Assembly: GCA_002189035.1 (NCBI GenBank)
Contig: CM007992.1
Span: forward strand, 1,240,001 to 1,304,000
Length of the DNA: 64,000 nt
DNA from: Utricularia gibba
Taxonomy: Eukaryota > Plantae > Magnoliophyta
Reading direction: 5' to 3'
This document shows positions 1 through 13,319 of this stretch, in pieces. The translations under genes were made by a program, and so were the position numbers. Positions within the stretch are counted from its first letter, which is position 1, and every line of letters begins with the position of its first letter. A model generated the notes under the pieces. The model saw only the letters and a list, made by a program, of their open reading frames with translations, was not told where the DNA came from and ran no database searches.

Positions 1-310
1 TTCATCACTATACAACCATTGTTTAGAAATTGTATGACTGGTTAAAGCATCCATCCACCAAATAATTGTACAAATGATTAGAATGACATGTAAGAGGAAG
101 ATCAATTAAAAAATCATGCATTAGAATCATAGTATACTTTTTATGTTCTCTATCATATGTTTGTGATTGGTAAAAAGAATGATAACAATGATCTATCACA
201 TCTGATCATCCCATACCATGTATTGAAAAGTTAGATACTCCAACAATTTAAATCTCTATGAATATATCATTTAGAAAAATGGTCACCTATCCATTATTTT
301 ACACATAATT

Positions 311-660
311 ATATATAGGGTGATTATTTTTATGGCATAGCTATGAGAGAAAACTCAAGATTCCAACCTTCAAATCCCTATGAACCATTTAGAAAAACAA
401 TCACTTGCATTTTCCATTATATATACTATAATCAAGAATTTACATAGGGTGGTCATTTTCATCACACAGAGAAAACTCAGGATTACAACCATCCAAATCC
501 CTATCACTCATTTCTATTATATATGTCATATTAAAAAATGTATATATAAAGTGATTATTTTTATCACACAATCATGAGATAAAACTCAAGACACCAACAA
601 ATTCTTATAAACCATTTAAACAATTTACAAATAGGATGATTATTTTTATCACATAATCAA
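311..660. repeat. Degenerate tandem repeat, about 4 units with an 85-130 bp period
   Basis: The motif (A)GGGTGATTATTTTTATCACA recurs in variant forms near 317, 446, 548 and 633. The first three copies are followed by an AAAACTCA(A/G)G motif near 350, 473 and 581. Confidence 0.55.
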
Positions 661-1499
661 GTAATAATGTCTAATTTTGTAAAAGATGTGGAAAAAGCGT
701 TTGGTGGGAGTTTTATATTGCAAATTGAGGTGCGGAAGGGGGTAGGGCGTTTATTGCACTTCATGTGTGAGGTGTGGGCGTGTGGCGTGAGACACCTGCC
801 CCCAGGCGTGCTCCTTGACCTGGTTTGTTATTAAAATAGTTAGATTTTTTTTAATTAAATTTTTTTCTGTTTATTTTTTTAATTATTTTGGTTACCGAAT
901 ATAATATTATTTTAAATATATATTTGTAAAATTTATTTATCAAATATCCTTCTGATTTATGTTTTCAGAATGAAATGGTTTTATTTAAGGATAATATTTG
1001 ATTTTGAATAAATTCTATTTTAATAATCAGTTATGCATTTTCAAAAAAAAGTATTTTTTGAGGAATAGGATAAAAAAAAACCTTAAGCACTATGAATGTT
1101 TTTTGAAAGTTTTTTTTATTTCTAAAATAGTCAAAAAGAATAGCATAATATTTTATAAAATTAAAAACAAAAATAGTTGGAATATAGTGTTTTCAAATAT
1201 TTTTACTTTCTCAAAGAGTAGAGACAGTTTGAAAAAAATAAAACAGAATATTGCATTAATGTTCGATGCATTATAGGATTTTTGGAATTGAGGAATTCTC
1301 TCTAAAGTGATCAAACTTTATTTTATTTACATCACAATTATTTAAAACATTCATATTTATAATTACCCTTTGAAAAAGAAAAAAAGGGTGTAAAATATAA
1401 AGAAATTGCAAATAAGGCTCAAAATATACTTTTTTTTATTGCTTTTTGAAGAGAAAACATAAATTTGGAATATAATATGTGAATATTTCAATATGATTA

Positions 1500-4020
1500 A
1501 TAAAACCAAAGCAAATATCAAATTGTAATGACAACATCAAACTAGAGGATCTTTAAAAATAATGAAACCATTCTGACTTTCTAAATCAAAGGAGTATCTG
1601 AGGTAGTTTTATAAGCTTTCAAAGTAGGATACTTTTTGGTCTAGAAAAATAAATTTTAAGATGTATGGAACTTGAAATCATGTCTATAGAATTATATAGG
1701 ATTTTTATGGTGCAACACAAGCCATGAATGAAGACACATTAATGGAAAAAGGAGGATGGCTTTGATCTATTGCCAACTTTTGTATATTTCAATGGTTATG
1801 TTGGTGTTTCTGAAATAACATCTCAAGAAGTATTCAATGAAAGAGAATCAAAAAGTCATCTACAAAGAATGAAACACAAAAATGGAGCTTGTAGGAGATT
1901 AGAAGCTAGAAGATTTTGATTATGCATAATTTGTGGAAAAATTGAAAAAGGACATGATTGAACTTGACAAGGATTGCTGATAGAGCAGGTTTATATGGAA
2001 CTAAAAGCACAAATCAGAGAGTAAGATAAATTTGTGTTTTTACAAAGAAAAAAAGAAGTAAATATGTGAGTTTAAATTTGATATCTCTACAAAACCGATA
2101 GATTGTTGAGATAATCCAACATTTTAGTTTCTCTTTATCTTTTAAAAGACACTCAATATTGTCTTTAGGCATAATAGTTATACTACAGTAACATGGAAAA
2201 GATATACATTCCACCTATAAAAATAAAGAATTCATACAATGCATAAGTATGGAAAAATGCAATAACATATCTTTTATTTGCTTACCTGACATACAAGCTC
2301 CTAATATTTCAATTACAATTATTATAAACCACATCTATAACATATCAGTCAAAATTTTATTAATGAATCCAATATAGAACCTCATCAAAAATCATTTACA
2401 TCATAAATGTATTATAAATATCTATTGTATAACCTGATTAGTTTGATATAACTAATAAGTAAAAATTTGAAAGTTTTGTTCGTTAACACTTCATATATAA
2501 TTTCAGATGATGGAAAAAAAATAGATTTATAGCTATAATGATACTAAACAGAGTATTTCCCATCAAATTTCTACATAAAAACCTTGAGGTTCACCATATT
2601 AGTTTAGATGTATAATGTACAGAACATATGATGTTGTGAGATCATAGGCATAGATATCTTAATCAAACAATCCTAACGAAATTGGACAAATTTGGAGAAT
2701 TAAATGAATGATGTGACTTTTTAAATGAGCATTGGAAAGTGAGCAAGCTTGGAAAGATAAGAAATTTACCTTTTGAAAGAAGTAATTGGATTGACTCCAC
2801 ACTTTTAAAAATAATTTATTTTGATGTTTATAGGTTAATAAATCCAATAAAAAAAGAAAATTATTTTGATGAAAGCATGAGCAGAGGTAATCTTCAAGTT
2901 TTGGATATTTTGAACTACATTAAAAAATCAGCATGGTCACAAGATTATGTATATATGTTATGCTAATGGTGGAGATTATATCTATCATGAATTATAGGAT
3001 CTCTATGAGAAGACTGAAATTACTTACTAATTCATTGTTCCCTATACTCGCCATCAAAATGAAATCAGTGAAAGAATCAATCAAACAATCTTAAATATGC
3101 TCAAATGTCTATTAATTGAAAAAAAAAAATGTACTAAAGGTTTTTTTTGGGGAAGAGAATCAATGTATTGTGCAGTGTATTTGTTAAATAGATTTTATGT
3201 AAAAAGAATCATTGAGTTTGAAACTCCATACGAACTCTCGACAATAAGAATTCCTACTATGAATCATCTCAAAATCTTTGATCGCATTTGCTTTCCCCTC
3301 ATACCAAAAGCTTTTAAAACAAATCTAGGCATGATGAATCAAATAGAAATATTTATAAATTATAGCTAAACTATGAAAATATATAAAATATAAGATCTTG
3401 TTGAGGTAAAATTAGTAGCAAAAAGACATGTATCATTTGATGAACAACAAGATTAGGACTAGAAGAATGCTAACATAAGATAATATCTTTGATACTATTT
3501 ATTGTCTTAGTTCTTTTCCCACCTACATCAAGGTGTTCCATTATTAAGTCATTCCAACTTGATGATATTGCTATTAGTATGGTTATCTTTCTCATCAACA
3601 TGTCTAGATCTAAAACCAATGGAAATGAAAACACTTGCAATGATATTTTCAATGTTGAAGTCATTGTTTTCAGATAGAAGGAAGCATGCAAACAAAGAAA
3701 GTTCATTAACTGATAAAGAAATCAACTCTCTAGACCCGCAAACAGAAGAAAGTAGAAGCACATTTCAACCAAAAATTGATGTATTGATTGAGAAAAATTG
3801 GGTTTGTTACCTGTTAATTTTGCACTAGGTCTCTTTGATGATCACCAACCATGTTTGAATCCTCAAAAGAATGCTTAATCAGAAAAGAAGAATGAGTCCT
3901 CATTTTTGCAAATTACCCAAATTCTGCACAACAAACCTACTGTTAGGTCAACGGTTGTAGCAATTGTTCTATCTCCATAAGAAATGAGATAGAAGTTCCT
4001 GGATGTACATAAAATTGGAG
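1500..4020 (+). mobile_element. Highly degraded Ty1/copia retrotransposon remnant (protease, GAG-pre-integrase and integrase); boundaries approximate
   Basis: An LDV*CTEHM string near 2604-2630 resembles the copia protease motif LDSGCSxHM. ORF 2739-2966 (LGKIRNLPFERSNW..LLKIIYFDV) resembles the zinc-finger/integrase start. ORF 3097-3369 (FWGRESMYCAVYLLNR..TPYE..HLKIFDRICF) resembles the integrase C-terminal core. The region carries many stops and frameshifts. Confidence 0.7.
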
Positions 4021-4597
4021 TAAGAAATTCGATTTTTATATAATGTTTAATTAATAAATAAAAATTTTGGATTAATTAAATAAGAAGGAAGTATAAGTAT
4101 AAATAAAACAATTTTTATGGAATTAAATAAAATCCATTTAATTCTATTATCTAATATTAAGCCCTCTTAATCAAATAAACCTTACCATTAGAATATTCTA
4201 GAACCGCGAGGCGGGGGAGTAGACGTAAAGAAGGTTCCTATTCTATTCGTTTGCTGTCACAGTCACGTGCCCATCCAGCTCAAGCACATGGCACCACCTT
4301 AAAGCGAGAGCAACCAAAAAATTATATAAAATTAAAAAATAAATTAAAATTAAATCTCTCCCATGGCTCCGGTTATCTTGTATTAGTAAATTTTATTTAT
4401 ATTAAAATACTTAATAGAGCCTCCAGACTCCGGCTAGTTCAAAATCCCAGCACTGCAGCTCTCGCTCCGGCAACGGCTCTCTTCCCAGTTCCGGATCACG
4501 TCCCCCTCATTCGGCTGCTCCTAGGGTTTGGAATTCTGGGTTCTTCTGCCTTTTTTGCTTTGGTGACATTTTGGGTGTTGATTGGGGGTGATTAGAG

Positions 4598-6294
4598 ATG
4601 GAGAAATGCACGCCCGTGAGAAAGCCTCATACCTCCACGGCGGATCTGCTTACCTGGTCGGAGATTCCGCCAGAAATTTCACCGGCTCCTCCTTCTTCAG
4701 CTCGTGTTCATCAGGTTTGGGAATCGATGACTGTGTTTCTTTTCATGAGTGCGGTTTAGTTTGTTCTGTAGATGTGGGTTTTAGAATTTGGGGTGTAATG
4801 CAGCCTTCGGATGGGATTCGCAAGGTGGTATTTGGTGGGCAGGTCACCGATGAGGAAGTTGAGAGCCTGAATAAAAGGTTATGGATCTACCTTTCGTTTC
4901 TCTCTATTTTCTCATAAAAAAATGGCATTGATTTTTTTTTTTTTTTGAGGTATTGGAGGGCTTGTCCCGATTTCTTCATGTATCATACAGAATTTGGAAA
5001 ATCTTGAATTTTTCCTTTTATTGTGATCCAGTTGTGGAACTCTCAGATCTTGAGAGTTCGTCCGTTTTCTTGTCACCCTGGCGGTGTGTGAGTTTTGTGG
5101 TGAAGTCTCAAAATGGGTACTCTGATAACGGCATTGGTGGTGAATTCTGAATTCCAAATCTAATTATTTCAAATAAGTTTTCTTGAATGTGTGGTTGTGA
5201 AGAAGGTCCACTGCCGTGTAGTGATAACATTTCTGGTGCATTCTAAGCATCAAACCAAATATGGCTCTTTAAATACATCTCTCAGGCAATCATTTGATGT
5301 GTATATGAATGAGGTTGTTGCTATAGAACTGCAGTTACTTCATTGTAGTGAAGAGAATGTTTTTTCCTCTCTGGGATGCTATATTGTTTTGTGTATAACA
5401 TTGTCGTGTAACATTGCTTGTGCTATTCTGTCTAATGATTTTCCAGGAAGCCATGTTCTGACTACAAGATGAAGGAAATGACCGGAAGTGGTATTTTTAA
5501 GGCCAAGGGAGAAAATGAGCCATCGGAAGTTGATGACTCAGAGCAGACTCTGGCAAATAAGACTGGCTTGCGCATGTACCAGGTATCTTCTCACCCATTT
5601 AGTCATGCATTTTGTTTCTTGGTGTTCACGGATCTGATAGTTGTTGGACGATTATTGTTGCTTTCAGCAAACTTTGGCTGGAGTCAGTCATATTTCTTTT
5701 GGTGAAGAAGAAACCATATCTCTCAAGAAGCCAACCACTCTCACTGAAGTTGCTAAACAGCGTGAGCTGAGTGGAAATCTGGAGAGTGAAGCTGAGGCCA
5801 GGATGCAGAAGCAGATTTCGATTGCAAAAAACAAGGAGCTTTCTGGGCATGATATTTTCGCTCCCCCTCCTGAAATTCAACCCCGGCCCTGGCTGCTCGT
5901 GCTTTGGCCTTGAGAGAGAGCATCACGATCGGGGAGCCAGCAACACATGATGTAAGCATCAAAACTTCCACACACAGTAACCGAATTCCGTTACTACTAT
6001 CATGGTATACCAAACATTCTATTGGACTCTCTGCAGAGCAATGGAGTCTCAAACGTAGAAACTGTTGTGAAGACATCAAAGAAGATCCCAAACCAGAAAT
6101 TCACAGAGCTTTCAGGGAACAACATCTTCAAGGGGGATGCACCACAAGCATCATCAGACAAACAGCTCAGTTCTGCCAAACTGAGGGAAATCAGCGGCAG
6201 CAACATCTTCGCAGATGGAAAGGTGGAATCCCGTGAGTACTTTGGCGGGGTGCGCAAACCGCCCGGCGGGGAGAGCAGCATCGCCCTGGTGTAA
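4598..6294 (+). CDS. DUF4057 family (HN1/Jupiter-like plant repeat) protein, 5 exons, with an apparent 1-nt deletion in exon 4
   Basis: Exons are 4598-4714, 4804-4877, 5447-5582, 5668-5951 and 6037-6294, all with GT-AG junctions. The protein starts MEKCTPVRKPHTSTADLLTWSE, repeats ELSGxxIF motifs and ends RKPPGGESSIALV*. Exon 4 is 284 nt between two phase-0 junctions, and the frame shifts at CGGCCCTGG (5884-5892). Confidence 0.9.
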
Positions 6295-6796
6295 CTCTAT
6301 GAACTCTAACTACTTGTTACTGGAAGCTGTATGTGGTGTGGCGGCCGTGTGCTTTCAAGTGTGGTGTGTGGTTTCTTAGTGTTGGAGGCTTGATCAACAC
6401 ATCTGAAACATTTAATGTTAATCGAGATTAGGACTACTGCAGACCTGCTCATAATAATATGCTGGTGCTGTGTCTCTTCCTCTTGCTGACACAACTGATG
6501 TTCCAGAAAATAAGCCTGTTATTCTTCTGTTTTTAGCTCTGGTTTCACACCAAACCAGAAGCCTGAAGCTCTCAATGCCCCCAAAGTTCAGATTACATGG
6601 TCCTGCTCTAGGGATCACCCTCCTCACCTCAATAAATACGCCACATGACTCATAATGGCCCAAACCTCATATGGGCAACTGCTGTGAGCCAGTCCAAGCC
6701 TCTGCGGTCACACTCCGCCTGCAGAGTCACCATCTTCTTCCTCTCCATCAATCTCCTCCTCGCTTCACCTTGGGTAGAGTTATAGACTTGAATCCG

Positions 6797-7376
6797 AACC
6801 GTGATTTCGGTTTGGTTTGGTGATGTGAGTGTCCGTAACTAGAACAAAAAATGTGTGATTTCGTATTGATTCAAGATATTTGGAACCAATGGAACATACT
6901 TTTTAAAATCGATAAATCTTTTTTTTTTATTTTTTTGATAGTTTTAAATATCTTTATATGTTATGAGAGTTTGAAAAAATATTTAAAAGAATAATACATT
7001 TTTCAAATATCTACAATGATTAATGTTGATACTTGAAAAATATTTTTTATTTTTAAAATTATTTTTAAATACTTTTAACAAATGTTATTGGAACTTGAAA
7101 AATTCTTTAAAAAAGTATGTATTTCATAAACATCCATAATTAATGTAAATGTTTGGAAAGTAATCTTTAAAAAAACCGCTTGATTTTGATTCTGTTTCAA
7201 TTCAAGATTTTCGATTATAATTTCAGTTCAATTCAAGATTTTTTATTTTAATTTTGATTTGATTCAATCTTTAAAAATCAGGCTTTTAACCAAAACTAGA
7301 TCCAAAATAACAATAAACTTTTAAAAATGTGGTTTCGAACCCAAACTAGAATCGAAGTAAATAATAAATTACGGTT
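6797..7376. mobile_element. Possible AT-rich MITE-like non-autonomous element
   Basis: AACCGTGATTT at 6797-6807 and AAATTACGGTT at 7366-7376 form an 11-bp inverted repeat with one mismatch. Both ends are rich in GGTTT/AAACC motifs and the interior is very AT-rich. No TSD was found. Confidence 0.3.
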
Positions 7377-7455
7377 TATGAAATGACGCCACCCCCTCCG
7401 ATGAGTATGACTGAGAACCTCGGTGGCTCCGTTGGCGAGCAAGAGTTTCCAAGAT

Positions 7456-7475
7456 GGGCCGGGCCGGGCCGGGCC
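7456..7475. repeat. (GGGCC)4 tandem repeat, first copy within a site-II-like TGGGCC
   Basis: Read directly: atGGGCCGGGCCGGGCCGGGCCgtacc. Confidence 0.9.
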
Positions 7476-8160
7476 GTACCATAAACCAAAATCAGACGCA
7501 TCACACTCTCCAGGTCAAAGTCTGGAGGGCTAAAACTAGGCGATGCCTGCCTCATCTCAAATTCTGCTTCACCAGCCTTAGCCCACTTACAAGTTATTTC
7601 CATTAACCATCGCTTTCAACTGAGCCGAAATTAATTTTATTATTAATTTTAAAAAATTTTAAAAAAATTTTTATTTGAAAACTTAAAATCAATATTTTAA
7701 AAGTATTTCTTACAAAAATTATACCAAATAGACTTTAAAATATATGAATATTTAAAACAAATACTCTCTAAAAATTATTTTAAATTTAAAAGATTATATA
7801 AATATTATATCTAATTATGGAGTTAATTAATTTATAGATAATATTCGTGCAGATAGATTCTAAGGGTGTGTTTTTTGTTAATAGAAGTACATGAATTTAA
7901 AAGTAGTATAATAAATTACAAGATATTTGATTAATATATTTAAATAAATTCAAAATTATTCAACTTCTTTTTAATCTCATATTCATTGGTTTATTTAAAA
8001 TCAATTTCTGATTCCAATAATTAAATACTACCTAAAAAATTAATTTCACTATATCAACTTTATTTAAATTAAAATAAATTAAATCTATTTCATGCTATTC
8101 CTATCAATCAAACATTGAGAGGTCGTTTGATAGGAGTTTATTAGTGTATTTAATTATAAA

Positions 8161-8164
<4 letters not shown>

Positions 8165-8198
<34 letters not shown>
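8165..8198. repeat. (TA)17 microsatellite
   Basis: Read directly from the sequence. Confidence 0.95.
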
Positions 8199-8199
<1 letters not shown>

Positions 8200-8615
8200 T
8201 ATAACATTTAATATTTGAGAATAAAAATTTGAGTATGTGAGTGATATAATTATAATTAATCTCTTTTTTCATTTGTATATGTTCAAAAAATGAATATATG
8301 ATTGATATAATAATGCAAATTTGATATACATATGTTAATTAATTAAACAATGGTTTATATAAAAATTTAGATTTAAATTTTTTATATTATACCCTTTAAT
8401 TAATGCATTCCTATTCTAACCCGTATTTGAAATTATATACAAATACATAAAAAATTCAGATATAATCAAATTTGTCCAAATAATTTTTGCTTTCCAAAAA
8501 AAATTGACAATGTGCATTATTATTATGGTGGGCCGGGTTGGATTTGGCGGGTTTCACATTGTCAACTGCCCGGGTGAAAAAGATGTTGAAGCTGGCGGGG
8601 CTGTGGATGATCGGT

Positions 8616-8630
8616 GGGGGGGGGGGGGGG
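8616..8630 (+). repeat. G15 homopolymer in the GC-rich region upstream of the RING gene
   Basis: Read directly; it is flanked by further GGG and GGGG tracts from 8597 to 8634. Confidence 0.9.
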
Positions 8631-10059
8631 CGGGTCCCTAGGGTTATCTGCGCAACCCCCGACGCTCGAAGACAAGACAACTGATCCGGATTACGGTGTA
8701 AAAGGTATGGTAAGGCTCGGCCATACGCGGGTGGACAACAATTGTGAAGTGAATGGCCCCATTCCCTGCAGCCTTGGTTGAAATCTTGCGACACAGGTCC
8801 GGGAGAACAGGATGATAGATGACAACACCTCTTTATCTTTACCTGTTCTTTCAATTTCTCGAGCAGTTGGAATTTGGGTGAGTAATGATGAAAAGCTAAT
8901 GGATTGAACATTTAAGTTATGCCAATCTGATGGCAAATTTGGCACCTTTGAAACATTATACAAGTGCAGCATTAATGGGGAAGTTCGACCATTATTGGGA
9001 TCTTGAAAAGTTGGTTCCTTGCTCGGAGACTAGTAGTCGTGGTGGTGTGAACCCGTGGGTGTGGGCAACTCGGGGAGGTACCTTCGAAGTAAATTGTAAG
9101 GTTACTGTCCGTCCTCCATCGAATTCTTCCTCTGCACTCACCCCCATCCCCCCTATAACTCATCCTTTCCTCATTTCTTAAGCTTTTACATCGCTTCCTT
9201 CTCTTTAACCCATCCTGCGTAGAGTTTCTGGAGGTGCCAGAGATGGGCCTTTTCAGTTTATTGATCGTTCTTACAGCCCAGTTCCTTTTTCTGGGTTGCC
9301 TATAAATCCCAGCTATGGGAAGGAATCTGGTCTGACTGCAAACCGAGAGGTGATTCCATAGGTATTTGGCGGGTAAAACTCAGTATGTTTTTCTTGATGA
9401 TCTGAATATAGCGCCTTTGTTCCTTCATCTTTCTTTCTTTATTTTCTTGGTTATGTTTCACGCCTGTGCTGGAACTGGTTTTCGGTTTTGATCTTCCATC
9501 CGTTTTCTGCCCACTTATCGCATTATTTTTATATATTATTGCTTTTTCATGGATTAAATCAGAAACATGCCCATGTACCTTGTTTTGGAAACACTCTTCT
9601 TCATCTGAGTTGCTTTATTCTCACTATTCCTTCACTCTGATTCATAGAAGTTCACACTTATGAAGATTTCACTTAAGGGCTTTAGAAGTGTTGAGAATCA
9701 ACCTGTTTTTGCTGATATATTGCGAAATGCATCTATTCCTTGTATGGATTTGCAGATGTGTGTGGTCTGGTTTACTGGGAATTGCTGAGAAACTGAGTAT
9801 CTAGTGTAGACAGAACTAAGCCGAATGATGATTAGAAGAAACAAAACAAAGAACATTCTAAACTTTACTGATTTATGCAAGGTATTTGTTATCTTTCTTC
9901 TAGTCGTCTCATTCAAATGCTAACCTTTCTCGTGTCCTACTTTGCAGGTTACAATGAGTGAAGCTTGCCTTCGAACATAATAAATGTATTTAAGGTGATT
10001 GCTTCTGTATCAGGGAGATCTCTGTCTTGATTGTAAGTAATTCAGCACCTTCTGGAACA

Positions 10060-12619
10060 ATGAAAGGACAAACAAGTCAGGTTTGGACCATGGGGAAAAG
10101 TTTTTCATCAGGTAGTGGTTCAAAACCCGATGATGACTCGGTAGATTCTCAAATTTCACTGGATATTCTGAAGGCTTCCCCATCAAGGCTGCAATCAGAT
10201 CACCACCATCCGGCATTGGAGGCTAATATCCCATACATGCAACATGGATATCATGATGTTGAGATGTATGCAGGGGAATCCAGCTCTGCTGCTGAAAGAT
10301 GTATGGTTCCTCACGAAGGAATGTTAGAGCATTCATGGAGAGCCTTCTCAAGGAGCCACCATAAAGAGCAACAAGGGCATTTGGGGCTTCCGGAAATACC
10401 CCAAATTCTGTGACAGGTTCCAGTAGTAATCAGAGGATAAACAGATCTTTTACTCCTCCTAGTTCAAGTCTTATCTCGGAAGCACTTGCTCATGATCTTA
10501 ATGGGAGTGATGGATTTGAAAATGTACAGGAAGAGGGGTTCCTCACTAATCACACAAGTACATTCAGAAATAATGGAACATCTGATGGAAAGTCTGAATT
10601 TGGGTCGCCTGCTTCTCTTATCTTATCGGCTGATTGTAGTGGATTGGTTTTGGATGGAAGTAGAAACCGAGCAAGCTGTTCTTCAGATTCTTTGCGGATG
10701 CCGTACAAGAGGAAAGCCTTAGAAGACCGAATGAGTCAAACATTCGGAAATAGAGGCCCTGGTTTGTCTGAAAGGGCTGAAGCAAGTTGTAGGCATACTC
10801 AAAAATCTCCCCAAGTAGCTGCAAGTCACATTAGCTTGCCACTGCATGCGGAGAATGATCTAATCCCAAATAATGGATTGGAGCCAGAACGTCCGAGGAC
10901 TAGGATTGATGTTGGAAGAGCTTTTTCTGCAAATTCTCCATTTCTAAATACATCAGAATGCGCAGAAACTTCCAGCAGCAATCTGCTTCAGGGCACTGAT
11001 GGTTTTAACCAGCAAGAACAAAGGTATGGCAGTAATTTTTTAACAAGGGTTGATGTGGGAATGGCAGATGGTTCATCTTCTTCACAGCAGTCTTCACGAT
11101 TGTTGCATCCTAATTATTTGTATGATATGAATCCATATGTTGGATTGGAAAGTGGTGGCCACCACGAGTACCCGAATCTGCAAGCCCCTCCCTTTCATAG
11201 AATTAACCAGTCTAGGTGGAATGCAAGATCAAGCCGTGCCTCATCCTCTTCTTGTGGAAGAGATGATGCTGCCTCAGCTGAAAGGACACAAAGAAGTGTT
11301 TCTGTAAACCTATCTGAACAGCCCTTGCCTCTCCCTGCTGAAGTGTTCGGAAGTATACCTGATTACTCTGTTAACTGGAACTCAACTATCGGGAATATAT
11401 GCCCCGGAGGACATGGTGCATCAACTTCTACCCCTGGCTCAAGTAGAATAACACGCTTATCTTCCCCTGGAAGGTCCCTTCGCAGTGGCACGTGGTATCA
11501 TCAAAGATCATCCGAAATGATGCGGAGATCTCTGTTGCCCTCAGTTGGGTCTGGCTCTGGGCCACTGAGTAGCAATCACGTTGTGCGAGCTAATAATCAA
11601 TATAACATTGCATTACCAGCTGTACCTGATAATTGCCGTCCAAATCGTGCATCACCAAGGTCATCACAGGTAGAGCTGCATCTGCCTGGTGGTCTCGAAG
11701 TGCCACATTCACTGAGAACTCTCGCTGCTGCTTCTGGTGAAAGGAGAAGAAGCATGGTGACTGAGGTTTCGTTATCCCCCTTTATCTCATGCACATAATT
11801 GATCCACTGTCTCCCACCTCATTTCTCAGCTACGTTTATAAATGCTTCTGTGTTTACCTGATCTCATGCACATAATTCAACAGATTCGTCATGTCTTTGA
11901 TCTCATGCGAAGGGGGGAGAGCTTAAGATTTGAGGTTTGTCATAAGCAGTAGACTTTTCTGCTATGGATGTGTGCGCCTGGAGTAGCCTAGAAAGACATC
12001 AGGCCCTGTAGCTTCTTGTTTTGTTTCCCTGTCTTGAGACGCCCGTCTCATATTATCTCCTTCTCTGGTAGGATATGGTGTTCCTCGATCACTCCGGCCT
12101 TATTGGCATGACTGATATTCATGATCGGCACCGTGATTTGCGAATGGATGTCGATAGCATGTCATACGAGGTGGGGATGATTTCCTTGCTCCTCCCACAC
12201 ACACCCACATCTTCAATGTTTCATGGGTTTCCCTCCCTGTTCTTCCAGGAGTTACTCGCCCTCGAGGAGCGCATGGGAACTGTGTGCACAGGACTAACTG
12301 AAGACGCCATTGGCAAGCACCTCAAGAGAAGGAGATACCACCACCACGTAGAGAATGAGAAGGAAGCACAAGAAGACAACTGCTGCATATGCCGAGTAAG
12401 ATTAGATTGTCTTTGCCATCATAAAAAGAAGAGAACTAGAAAAAATGGACGTGATTCAGGCAGTGTATTTTCTGATGGGTGCAGGAGGAGTATGTTGCCG
12501 GAGAAGACATCGGAGAACTCACCTGCGGCCATGATTTCCATGCACTGTGCATCAAGCAGTGGCTCCTGCTCAAGAATCTCTGCCCCATCTGCAAAACCAC
12601 CGGTCTCCTCAACTCATGA
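10060..12619 (+). CDS. RING-H2 E3 ubiquitin ligase of the MBR/RHG1A/HIP1 (CTL) type, 5 exons, with an apparent 1-nt deletion near 10365-10410
   Basis: Exons are 10060-11765, 11884-11934, 12072-12170, 12249-12395 and 12485-12619. It has the family motif DRHRDLRMDVDSMSYEELLALEERMG and the RING-H2 domain CCICR|EEY..CGHDFHALCIKQWLLLKNLCPICK. The N-terminal frame (10060) and the main frame (10410) differ by one base. Confidence 0.9.
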
Positions 12620-13319
12620 AATCACCACATGAAACATGGTATTAGGATTTAGGACCCCTGGCGACTGCCTGTATCATCTCTCCAATGGAGACATTCATCG
12701 TGTCGGTAGCTTCTCCTAATAATGAATTCCAGGTAAACAATTTAGTGCTTCATTGCATGGTTTCCAGTTTGCTCTGCTTCAAATTTTGCACTTAAAGAGA
12801 GCTTGAAATGCGGTATGCGAAGCGCAGAAATTTCACGCCCCAACCTGTAATAGTAAAACATGTCCGGGAAGCCATCAAGCACCGCTCACCGCCGTCATCG
12901 CCGGGAAGACGGACTAGGGTGGGCAGCGGCGGAATATGCGGGACGATGGACAGTGGCGGAGCAATGGTTACGGGACGGGATAAAAAATCTCAGTAAATAT
13001 AAATTATTAAAAAATTAATAATTAAAGATAATAAGTCAAACTTTTATTTGGCGGTATATGAAAGACTAATTTGTTTTCAGTAATATATTTAATTATTAGT
13101 TTACTAAGAATTGATATTTAAGACTATACATGATTTATCAAAATGAATGACGTACACAAAACTGCTAAATTTCGATATTCGCAATGAAAGCTTCATCCCA
13201 GCCGTCCACGTGGCGACTAATCAATCCATTTTCGAGATGCGCATACTTCTTGTTTCTCCTTCCATGTCATGACAACGCAGCAACAGAGGGATTTGCCTGC
13301 TAGCCGACGGTCTGAAGTC

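Noticed and set aside
311-660. CRISPR-like repeat-spacer array
   Set aside because: The units are highly degenerate with irregular spacing, in a plant nuclear context next to transposon debris.
6418-6790. Short ORFs downstream of the DUF4057 gene (for example minus-strand GEARRRLMERKKMVTLQAECDRRGLDW)
   Set aside because: I recognised no motif and found no consistent splice structure. This is probably 3' UTR or a decayed fragment.
8640-8900. LRR-like string NGPIPCSLG*NL in a plus frame upstream of the RING gene
   Set aside because: It is a single partial motif interrupted by a stop with no repeat periodicity, so it could be chance.
12900-12985. CAGTGGCGGAGC, resembling a PIF/Harbinger MITE terminus
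   Set aside because: I found no matching inverted end or TSD nearby.
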